Shown: piece after piece, positions 1-7,708 of the stretch
How positions within the stretch are numbered: position 1 is the stretch's first letter
How the letters are laid out: every line of letters begins with the position of its first letter
Source: a virus
Taxonomy: Duplodnaviria; Caudoviricetes
Virus record (IMG/VR): IMGVR_UViG_3300027647_000002
Span: 1-61,323 of that record
DNA length: 61,323 nt
Strand: one strand, 5' to 3'
Translations under genes and position numbers: made by a program
Notes under the pieces: model-generated
Databases searched by the model: none
What the model saw: the letters and a program-made list of their open reading frames with translations, nothing else
What the model was told of the DNA's origin: nothing

Positions 1-893
1 GCTATGCCCACCGTGGCGGCTCCGGCTCCCATGGGGGCATCCCCCCACCCCTATATGGGGGTATGTGTGCGGGTGCGCATACATACGAGGGAGGTTCGAG
101 TCGGGCGCCTCATGGCCATGGGACGCAGGCTTGTGTGGGCTGTTTCGATCGGCTTCTCTGCCCCGGTGTTGATGGTGCTGCGATGGCGTGGACTTGGGTG
201 GCCGTACCGGCAACGGTGGATGACGGTTGATCCCCGTCCGTATTCGACGGTTGCCGTCGGGGCCGGCGGGTGGTGGTCGCCGGTCGATGGGTTCAGGTGG
301 CCGTCCGGATGGCGGTCGGGCGGGCTGAGCCGGTTCCGGTGACGGGTTGTTGGTGGGTCGAGCGCGGTAGGTCTCGGTGCTCGGTGGTCTCGGTTGGTCC
401 GGTCTAGTCCTGGGCTGGCCGTTGGGGCGATCACCGTGCGGTTCACTGCCACGTTCGGGTTCGCGCTCAGCGTTCCAGTTCAACCGTGATCGCTGATCTG
501 GATGGTGGGCCGGCCGGTTCAGGTCTCGGGTTGCCGGGTTCGGCGGGCAGTGAACGGTGTGGGGCCAGGGCGTTCGATGGTCGAGGTGTCGGGGTCGCCG
601 GGGTCTGGGCCGTTCGGTCGGGCGCGGAGATGGCTCGGGGTTCACTGCGCCCTGCCATGGTTCGAGGGGTAAGCAGTCGGTGAGCCGGTGCGGTGGCAGT
701 GCCGGCTGGGGTGGCTGTGGTGCCTGGCTTGTGGCTGCGCCGTCCTTGGTGCTTCACGGGATACCCGTCCAGTGGGCTGGGGGCTTGATGGGCCGGAGAT
801 CCCGGCGTCCGACCGGAGGGGGGTAGGGGGTAAGGGGGGGTGGTGGGTGGTAGGGGGTGGCCGCCGGTGGTAGGGGGTGGCGACTGAACCTCC

Positions 894-1193
894 CTACAGC
901 AGGCCAGGGTGGCGGGGCTTGGGTCGTCGAGCGGAGTGCGCTGCCCTACCGGCCGCGGCCTCCCGTTGGATCTTCACCTTGTGGCAGGGGATGCACAGCG
1001 TCATGCCGTTGTCGACGGTAGGTGTTCCGCCACGGGCTACGTTGTGGACCTCGTCGGCTTGCAGGGTGCGGCCGGTGCGATCGTGGTGTCCGCACTTCTG
1101 GCACGTGTAGCTGTCGCGCACGAGAACCGCCCGGCGAAACCGGCGGTGTTCCGGCGTAGTGGTGCGGGGCCGGCCGCCGTTGGCCCAGGCCAT
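894..1193 (-). CDS. Terminal HNH endonuclease (cos-phage packaging-associated type)
   Basis: RRAVLVRDSYTCQKCG...ADEVHN...DNGMTLCIPCHKVK; last gene before the genome end. Confidence 0.85.
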   Translation of the reverse strand: MAWANGGRPRTTTPEHRRFRRAVLVRDSYTCQKCGHHDRTGRTLQADEVHNVARGGTPTVDNGMTLCIPCHKVKIQREAAAGRAAHSARRPKPRHPGLL

Positions 1194-1822
1194 CAGAGCT
1201 CCACCGCCCAATCGGTCCAGCGCTCGCGGGTTCCGGTGCGCCACGCCACCCGGGGTTCGGTGCGGGTCTTGCCGTCCCGATGCTGCACCAGAGTGGGTAG
1301 GTCGCGATGGTTGACCAGGCTCGGCCACGCATACCCGATGCTATGGCCACGGTTGCGGCACCACATGCCCATCCGCTCATCGATCGGCAGGGTCGAGGTG
1401 TTCGCCCACTCCAGCCAGTCGTCCCGCAGCTCGGCACGCATCACGATCGCCACAGCGTGCAGCATGTGCGTACCGGTGACCCAACATGCGCCTTGCTCCC
1501 CCGCAGCGACGAGCGCCCGGGAGATCCGGTCCTGGAACCGCTTCGGCTTCGACCGGCCCAGGTACAGGGACACGATCGGAGTCGGCGCTACGGCCAGTGC
1601 TGCGTCCACCTGCTCGGCGAACCTGGGCGCCAGGATGGCGTCGTCTTCCATCACGCCGAAGTGTGTGGCGCGGGGGTGGTCAACCCTGCTCCATGCCCGG
1701 AGGTGGTTGTCGTCGGCGCCCAGCGTGCCGTCGTCCATGGAGGCGACAGCATCGAGGGAGTGGACGAGGTCGGTGGCGTGGATACGGCGGGACTCGTGAC
1801 CGACGACAGCCCAGGAGATCAA
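1193..1822 (-). CDS. Glycosyltransferase (GT-A, GT25-like actinophage type)
   Basis: VMEDDAIL motif, PIVSLYLG, LPIDE, PSLVNHRD; TTG start overlaps upstream stop. Confidence 0.75.
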   Translation of the reverse strand: MISWAVVGHESRRIHATDLVHSLDAVASMDDGTLGADDNHLRAWSRVDHPRATHFGVMEDDAILAPRFAEQVDAALAVAPTPIVSLYLGRSKPKRFQDRISRALVAAGEQGACWVTGTHMLHAVAIVMRAELRDDWLEWANTSTLPIDERMGMWCRNRGHSIGYAWPSLVNHRDLPTLVQHRDGKTRTEPRVAWRTGTRERWTDWAVEL

Positions 1823-2514
1823 CGCGTGGCCTGCCAAGCATCGAAGTCTTCCGGCTTGTCGAAATCTTCGGTGCGGTCGTCGATGTACCTGTAGCACGGG
1901 TAGCGGCGATGGAACCGCATCGCTTCACCGGTGGCGCCGGCCATCGCGCGGGCGATCTCCCAGCCGCCGGAGCGCTTCAGCTGCCCGGCACGGTGAGCTT
2001 CGGCCGCGGCCTTGATCGCATCCCGGTAGCGGCCGTGATGCTCTGGCCAGAACGACACCGCCCAGTTCTCGCCGAAGCTGCGATGCCCTGGGAGGGTGTT
2101 TGTTTTCGAGCCGGTGAAACGGCACCAGTTAAGCCACTCTCGCTCATCACTGGCGAGGATGGTGTCGAGGCCAGCGTCGGAGAACCAGACGTCGCCGTAG
2201 CAGATGATCGTCCGGCCGAGGGTGTTCCAGAACGGCTCGGTGTTGGCGAACTTCGTCGCCCCCAACCATTCATCGGTATCGGCGAGCACGTCCGGGGTGA
2301 ACACTTCCACGTGGGCGGGCACGTATTCGGCGTAGTAGGCGGGCCCGGACACCATGACGTCGGTGATGCCGCGTTCGGTGAGCTGGCGAGTGGTGCGGGT
2401 CAGCAGTGGTTCGCCGTCTGGCTCGCACAGGTGCTTCGGGACACCGCCGAACGGCTCTCCGTCAGCGCCACGCCAGCGTTCCCCAGAACCGGCGGCCATG
2501 ATTATGCAGCGCAT
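1819..2514 (-). CDS. NTP-transferase (LicC/MobA-like nucleotidyltransferase fold)
   Basis: IIMAAGSGERW...PKHL...GEPLL N-terminal signature; YGDV; EDFDKPEDF near C-terminus. Confidence 0.8.
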   Translation of the reverse strand: MRCIIMAAGSGERWRGADGEPFGGVPKHLCEPDGEPLLTRTTRQLTERGITDVMVSGPAYYAEYVPAHVEVFTPDVLADTDEWLGATKFANTEPFWNTLGRTIICYGDVWFSDAGLDTILASDEREWLNWCRFTGSKTNTLPGHRSFGENWAVSFWPEHHGRYRDAIKAAAEAHRAGQLKRSGGWEIARAMAGATGEAMRFHRRYPCYRYIDDRTEDFDKPEDFDAWQATR

Positions 2515-3251
2515 CTCAACAACCCTTCAATCGGCCATTTCGCATGCTTTCTCTGATTGCACGCGGCGCAAGCTGGGCGCAAATTCGCGAGAATGTGTGC
2601 CCCTCCTTTGGATAGCGGCTTCACATGGTCGATGTGCTGGTAATCGCTATCTCGGCACATCCAGCATTTGCCTCCGTAGTACGCAATCCGCTCGGCCAAC
2701 TGACGCTCGGTGAACGGCACGTAAGACGCCGCGTGCCGCCTTGCGCGTCGTCGCGCTGCCGCCTTAATGCGTTTCACGCGGTAGTCCGGATCGGTTTGCC
2801 GATAGTGTCGGTCGCACATGTCCTTACGTACGGCGATTTCAGCGCAAGAGCCGATGATGCATGCATGACCTCGCCTTAGCACTTGCCGATGCAGGTCATG
2901 GCCTCGGCGATGCCTGAGGTAGTGGGCGACGCAATACCCTTTCGACTTATGGGGTCGGCCACATTGCGCGACCGTGCAAGTTTCGGGGTGATTTACACGA
3001 TCAATCGGCGTTAATGGTCGACCAACAGACTGTTGCCAATGATGCGTGCTGCATAGGCCGTTCCCGTGAACGTATCCGCCGCAGCCGTCGAACACGCAGT
3101 TCTTCCGGCATTCACCAGGGATGCGACCGCGACGCCGACCTGATTCGCCGGGATGTCCCAGCCTTTTCCAGCGCTGCCAGTGCATCGAGCAGTAACCTCG
3201 ACCTACTGTCGGTCTTTCGCACCCATCGATTGAGCACGTACGATCAGCCAT
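2502..3251 (-). CDS. Mobile HNH endonuclease with four N-terminal Cys/His zinc-finger repeats
   Basis: 4x C-x4-C-x9-C-x2-H repeats; CWMC...HIDHVKPLSKGG...NLRPACAACN; lower GC than neighbours. Confidence 0.88.
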   Translation of the reverse strand: MADRTCSIDGCERPTVGRGYCSMHWQRWKRLGHPGESGRRRGRIPGECRKNCVFDGCGGYVHGNGLCSTHHWQQSVGRPLTPIDRVNHPETCTVAQCGRPHKSKGYCVAHYLRHRRGHDLHRQVLRRGHACIIGSCAEIAVRKDMCDRHYRQTDPDYRVKRIKAAARRRARRHAASYVPFTERQLAERIAYYGGKCWMCRDSDYQHIDHVKPLSKGGAHILANLRPACAACNQRKHAKWPIEGLLRCAA

Positions 3252-3325
3252 GTCGATCTCCTATACAGATCGGCCACACCCCGGGGCAGTTGACGCTGTC
3301 GCCGGGGCCTTATGTTTGAAATCTA
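3252..3325 (-). promoter_or_regulatory. Leader of mobile HNH: GC-rich hairpin plus SD-sequestering hairpin
   Basis: Minus strand: TAGATT...GGCCCCGGCGACAGCGTCAACTGCCCCGGGGTGTGGCC GATCT-GTATAGG-AGATC GAC ATG. Confidence 0.5.
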
Positions 3326-3351
3326 TTGTCGCAGAGCAACAGCCATGATGA

Positions 3352-4278
3352 TCACCCGCACAGCCCGACCTCCTTCAACACCCGCTCCATAGCCGCCTTC
3401 CAGGTGTGGCGTTCACCGATCAGGGTGATCGCCGCGTCCCGCATATCGCGGATCTCCCGGTCGGACATCGACGTGTACCGGTCCAAGATGGTGTCGAACT
3501 CGCCGCGGGGGAAGCGGATCAGCGTCTCGTCGGTGAAGCCCTGTTCGTCCATGCCCTCCACGTACGGGTGGGCGAGGATGCCGCCGCGGCCCAGCGTGCG
3601 AGGAATGCGGTCCGACCAGTAGTAAGGCGCGTCCGCCGAGTCGCCGAGCACGATGTCAGCGGAGGCATACAGCCGGTTCAGATCCCAGCCCCAGACCTTC
3701 CGGTCCCGGCGGGTGCCGTACAGGGCGTAGCCGGCGCCGAATGTTTTCTCGGCCCACGCGAGTAGTTCGCTGCGGTGTCGTCCGTGCAGTCTCGGTATCG
3801 GCCGGCCGACGAACACCGCCTGGTGTCGGTACCTCTCCACCGTCGGGGCGAGGCCGAGATATCGGGTACCGAAAGCCGGAGGGAACCACCGGTGGTTCAC
3901 GCCCCGCCAATCACGGGGCCCGCCGTCCGCAGTGAACACGTACTGGCAGGACCACCACGCGGTTTTCCCGATCTCGTCCTGCCGGGGGCTCAGCCCGTGG
4001 AACAGGTCCATGTGCAGGCCCACCGTAACAACGCCTCGGGACTCCAGTTCACGCAGGCAATCCCGGACCTCACGGTCCGGGGATTTCGGGGTGTCCTTCA
4101 ACCACAACAGCATGTCCGCGTCGCGGGCGGCGTGGCGGATATCGGCGACGGTCGTTTCGTCGTTCGGCAGGGTCGCGGTCACCCGGTGGCCGAGCTGACG
4201 TAATCCCTCGACGGTGTCGGGGCGCCAGGACTCGACGATGTGGTTCTCGTGCTTCCAGCCCAGAACGACGATGTTCAA
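3352..4278 (-). CDS. Glycosyltransferase (GT-B, CgeB/Glyco_trans_1_2-like)
   Basis: AVFVGR...VWGWDLNRLYASADIVLGDS...YYWSDRIPRTLGRGG...HTW. Confidence 0.85.
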   Translation of the reverse strand: MNIVVLGWKHENHIVESWRPDTVEGLRQLGHRVTATLPNDETTVADIRHAARDADMLLWLKDTPKSPDREVRDCLRELESRGVVTVGLHMDLFHGLSPRQDEIGKTAWWSCQYVFTADGGPRDWRGVNHRWFPPAFGTRYLGLAPTVERYRHQAVFVGRPIPRLHGRHRSELLAWAEKTFGAGYALYGTRRDRKVWGWDLNRLYASADIVLGDSADAPYYWSDRIPRTLGRGGILAHPYVEGMDEQGFTDETLIRFPRGEFDTILDRYTSMSDREIRDMRDAAITLIGERHTWKAAMERVLKEVGLCG

Positions 4279-4282
4279 GGGG

Positions 4283-4357
4283 TTACGCCAAGATGGTCAA
4301 GACTGCGACGGCGACCTTGGCCATGACGAGCAGCAGATCGAGGCTCACGGATCCCAT
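4283..4357 (-). CDS. 24-aa hydrophobic peptide MGSVSLDLLLVMAKVAVAVLTILA
   Basis: AGGAG RBS then ATG; translated by hand. Confidence 0.55.
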   Translation of the reverse strand: MGSVSLDLLLVMAKVAVAVLTILA

Positions 4358-4432
4358 GTTCAGTTCTCCTAATCGGTCATATCGGGCGAAACATACCGGG
4401 TGGATTAAGGCCACCTGCGGTTATGGAGGAGT

Positions 4433-4516
4433 TCAGTAGCGGAATCGGGCGATCCGCAGCAGGAAGCGGACCAGCCGGAGGTGCAGGGAGTCGAGCAGGG
4501 CGTTCAGTCGGTCCAT
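4433..4516 (-). CDS. 27-aa amphipathic peptide MDRLNALLDSLHLRLVRFLLRIARFRY
   Basis: Overlaps end of upstream gene; high-GC3 codons; translated by hand. Confidence 0.4.
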   Translation of the reverse strand: MDRLNALLDSLHLRLVRFLLRIARFRY

Positions 4517-4704
4517 CCCCGAGTCCGCTTACGCTGCTCCTCCTGGGCCCGGATGTATGCGCTGGCTCCCCGGGTCATGTACTCCCACACCTCGTCTTCG
4601 GTGAGCTCCGTACCGTAGGTCTCCCGTTCGGAGTACGGCGGCCACAGCTTGTTCTGGAGCCACTGGGATACCTCACCGATCAGGCCGGCCAGCCAGCGCC
4701 GCAT
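4504..4704 (-). CDS. Hypothetical protein
   Basis: Translationally coupled small gene. Confidence 0.55.
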   Translation of the reverse strand: MRRWLAGLIGEVSQWLQNKLWPPYSERETYGTELTEDEVWEYMTRGASAYIRAQEEQRKRTRGWTD

Positions 4705-4871
4705 CAGCGCTTCCCACCCCACATGTCGCTCTGGAGCTTTGCGCCCCGCTCGACCATCTCGTCCCAGGGATTGCGGGCAGCTACGGCTCGGCGGGCGTTG
4801 ATGAAGCCTTCCGCAACCGCGGCCGGCATGCCCTTCACGAGTTCGCGTTCCTCGTCGGTCAAGTCGTTCAC
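4704..4871 (-). CDS. Hypothetical protein (55 aa)
   Basis: GTGA coupling; VNDLTDEERELVKG... Confidence 0.55.
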   Translation of the reverse strand: MNDLTDEERELVKGMPAAVAEGFINARRAVAARNPWDEMVERGAKLQSDMWGGKR

Positions 4872-5029
4872 GGCAGCGGCTCCCAGTTCAGTTTCCGCAT
4901 CGCGTCCCGCACCGCCTCGATATCATCCTGCGGGCCCAACGCGATAGCGATGAGCCGGCGGACTTCCAGTTCTTCGGCGTAGGTGCGGGTCTTGTACTCC
5001 CGGCCGGAGGAACCGGTCAGGGTGGTCAT
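4868..5029 (-). CDS. Hypothetical protein (53 aa)
   Basis: ATGA coupling; MTTLTGSSGREYK... Confidence 0.55.
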   Translation of the reverse strand: MTTLTGSSGREYKTRTYAEELEVRRLIAIALGPQDDIEAVRDAMRKLNWEPLP

Positions 5030-5220
5030 TCCCCGGCCATCTGTCGATGACGATCAGCACGAGCACGGACAGCTTCTGCGTCAGCGCGATGCGCCCGGGA
5101 CAGCTGCTCGGCATACGGGCCGTCGTGGATGCCCGCCAGCTTCTCGAAGTGGTCAGCGATGGCATCGCACTCCGCCGCGGCGATCTCGTGCTCGCGGGAA
5201 GATAGCTCGGGGAAGCTCAC
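5026..5220 (-). CDS. Hypothetical protein
   Basis: GTGA coupling; VSFPELSSREHEI... Confidence 0.55.
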   Translation of the reverse strand: MSFPELSSREHEIAAAECDAIADHFEKLAGIHDGPYAEQLSRAHRADAEAVRARADRHRQMAGE

Positions 5221-5315
5221 CACGTCACCGCCATCAGCACGGTGGGCTCCACGAACACCAACGGCTTCGGGGTGGGACGACACAGGGAGTGCAGCAGGGC
5301 GGCCAGGTCGATCAC
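5217..5315 (-). CDS. Hypothetical peptide (32 aa)
   Basis: GTGA coupling at both ends. Confidence 0.4.
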   Translation of the reverse strand: MIDLAALLHSLCRPTPKPLVFVEPTVLMAVTW

Positions 5316-5500
5316 AGATCCTCCTCTGGCCACTTGGCCATCAGTTCCAGCCCGGGGCGCCAGCGTTCGATCTCGGCGTCGATCATCTCGGAGGTGATCT
5401 CCGCAGCCGCTGTCCGCTTCTCGCATGCCCGGTCGCCGCGGGTGCAGCAGCCCCGAGAGCAGGACCAGCGCATCATTCCGGCCATCGGCGAACCATTCAC
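5312..5500 (-). CDS. Hypothetical protein
   Basis: First ORF after the putative late promoter and leader. Confidence 0.45.
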   Translation of the reverse strand: MNGSPMAGMMRWSCSRGCCTRGDRACEKRTAAAEITSEMIDAEIERWRPGLELMAKWPEEDL

Positions 5501-5723
5501 TCTCGGTTAAGGGTTGAAGCAGCAGCGCCGGTGACCTTTGAAACGTGCCGGTCAGGTCCTTTGACGATCCGGTCTTACCTTGCCGAGACTGCTACGAGGG
5601 CCGCAGCGCTGCGCAGGGGGTCGCCGGGATGGCAGTTGCAGCGCTACGGAGATTGTGGGGCCAAATGGCCGATGGTGGGATTTCGAAACACCTTGCGCGG
5701 ACACATCACGCGCGAATGCGCTC

Positions 5724-5732
5724 AGCATAGCA
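5724..5732 (-). promoter_or_regulatory. Putative late promoter, extended -10 (TGcTATGCT)
   Basis: TGn-TANNNT just downstream of the putative activator gene, ahead of the long late operon. Confidence 0.5.
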
Positions 5733-5761
5733 AATAGGGTGTCCGTAAGCGTCCGTCGGGG

Positions 5762-6508
5762 TCAGGACGCTTCCGCGTGTCGTTCTCGGATCGGCACGGC
5801 CAGGTGCGCGTCCAGCACATCACCTACCCGATACAGTGCTGGCCAATCCCTACGCCACGGCCCCGGAACCGGATGGATACGCTTCGCCTCCTTGAGGACA
5901 TGCACGCGGCGCTTCGTGAGGTGCCGGTACTCCTCCCCCAACTCTTTCGCGAGGGCGACTATCCCCGAGATGTTCAGGTACATGCGCCGGGCCCGTTCGT
6001 GCTTCGCCTCGTCCCACGTCACTCGCATCGCGGGAGGGCACACCACCTTCGCTGCTCGGTCCTTGAGGTCGCCCAACTCATCCAGTGCGCCCTCCGCGCC
6101 TTCGGTCATGCCGAGGGAGATCAGGTGGCGTTCCAGCCATCGCGCCAGCCCGGCCGTGGAAGTCGGTCCCTTGTACTCCATTGCCCGCTGCTCACAGACG
6201 AGGCGCACCCAGCCGACGAGGGCGCTGTGGAGCTCATCGGCGATCCGAGCGGCGTCGACGTGAAACGGGAGTGGCTGCTCCGATGGCCGGCGGGGCTTGC
6301 GTCCGCGCCCGACCTCGCCGAGGCGTGCCTGTTTGGTGATGGTGGTGGGTAGTTCGGCGGCGATGGAGGGGATCTCCTCCAGGATTTCCTTGAGCTTCTT
6401 CAGCTCGTGCCGCGGGATGAACATGTGGTTCGGGTTGATCTCTACGACTGCCGCCCGGTTTCCCATGTACCCGGAGCCTACGCCGAATCGTTGACGATCT
6501 CGAGCCAC
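5762..6508 (-). CDS. Putative late-gene transcriptional activator (C-terminal HTH-like region)
   Basis: Resembles a conserved actinophage family (L..WVRLVCEQR...LARWL...LYRVGDVL); lambda Q-like position. Confidence 0.6.
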   Translation of the reverse strand: MARDRQRFGVGSGYMGNRAAVVEINPNHMFIPRHELKKLKEILEEIPSIAAELPTTITKQARLGEVGRGRKPRRPSEQPLPFHVDAARIADELHSALVGWVRLVCEQRAMEYKGPTSTAGLARWLERHLISLGMTEGAEGALDELGDLKDRAAKVVCPPAMRVTWDEAKHERARRMYLNISGIVALAKELGEEYRHLTKRRVHVLKEAKRIHPVPGPWRRDWPALYRVGDVLDAHLAVPIRERHAEAS

Positions 6509-6543
6509 GATCAGGTGTGGTCAGGGGTGATATCGGCCATGCC

Positions 6544-6753
6544 CTACCGCCGCAGATCAGTGCGCGCTCCTCGGCCGGGCCGCTCCCAGTTGTCGACCGT
6601 TTCCGGCAGCCATCCGACATGCGGCGGTCCGTCGCCGATCTGCGCATCCGGCTCGGGCATGAGGTGCCGCTTCATATGCCAGTAGTGCTTGACCGTGCCG
6701 TACGCCAGACCTGCGCGCTCGGCGAACTCCTTAAGGCTGAGATATCTGACCAC
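6544..6753 (-). CDS. AlpA/excisionase-like HTH DNA-binding protein
   Basis: YLSLKEFAERAGL...PEPDAQIG...GWLPETVDNWERPGRGAR; TATAGT just upstream of GTG (leaderless). Confidence 0.75.
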   Translation of the reverse strand: MVRYLSLKEFAERAGLAYGTVKHYWHMKRHLMPEPDAQIGDGPPHVGWLPETVDNWERPGRGARTDLRR

Positions 6754-6813
6754 TCCCGCACTATACAGCCCCCTGGTTTACATTACATCTCTCCGGCTGT
6801 ATTGTCTGCCTTA

Positions 6814-7679
6814 GAGGATGTCTTACGTGGGTGTAATTCGTTGTCCGGCATGATGTGAACCGTGGTCGACAGGCTTGCTCAACGACTGGTCCCGGATGCG
6901 TTGTGGGACATCGTGAAACCGCTGCTCCCCGAATTCACGCCAAGACCGCAGGGCGGCGGGACCGCACCGGTGGACGAGCGAGCGGTGTTCACCGCCGTGG
7001 TGTTCGTGTTGACCAGTGGTTGCGCGTGGCGGCATCTGCCGCCGTCGTTCGGAGTGAGCGTGCCGACCGCGCATCGCCGGTTCACGGTGTGGGCCGACGC
7101 CGGAGTATTCGAGGCGTTGCACCGGGCAATCCTCGACCGGCTCGGAGCCGCCGGCGATCTCGACTGGAGCGCGGCGATCCTGGATGCGGCGAGCGTGCGA
7201 GCAAAAAAAGGGGCTCCCTGACCGGACGCAGCCCGGTCGACCGTGGCAAGAAAGGATCGAAGATCCACGTCATCTCGGACGCGAATGGGATTCCCCTGGT
7301 GACTGGTGTTTCCGCCGGGAACACCCACGACTCGGTGATGCTTGCACCGATGGTCGCCTCGATCCCGAAGGTGCGCTCGCGGCGAGGCCCACGCCGCGGC
7401 AAACCCGCCAAGCTGCGGGCGGACAAGGGCTACGACTTCGACGTCCACCGTCGCTGGCTACGTGCCCGCGGAATCGTGCCCCGCATCGCCCGTCGCGGGA
7501 TCGAGGATCCCACGAGGTTGGGCAAGCATCGGTGGAAGATCGAACGGACTATCGCGTGGTTGACCGGATACCGGCGATTGACGATCCGATACGAACGCCA
7601 CGGCCGTCTCTTCGCAGCATTTCTGCAACTCGCCGCAGCTCTCACCTGCTACAAGAAACTACCCACGTAAGACGTCCTC
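6814..7679 (+). mobile_element. IS5-family insertion sequence (866 bp), intact
   Basis: 19-bp terminal IRs GAGGATGTCTTACGTGGGT / ACCCACGTAAGACGTCCTC (1 mismatch); TTA duplication at 6811-6813 and 7680-7682. Confidence 0.95.
6862..7670 (+). CDS. IS5-family transposase, orfA (6862-7221) joined to orfB by -1 frameshift
   Basis: orfA SGCAWRHLP; AAAAAAAG slip site at 7203-7210; orfB ADKGYD...RWKIERTIAWL. Confidence 0.92.
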
Positions 7680-7708
7680 TTAATAGCCACACCGGCAAGG
7701 AGCTTCAG

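Noticed and set aside
4-873. ORFs 4-342, 51-452, 467-757 and others at the left end
   Set aside because: Low-complexity translations driven by strand skew, no clear RBS or motifs; treated as non-coding.
5501-5720. tRNA or hammerhead ribozyme in the late leader
   Set aside because: No T-loop/cloverleaf or CUGAUGA core found by eye; no tRNA recognised anywhere in the window.
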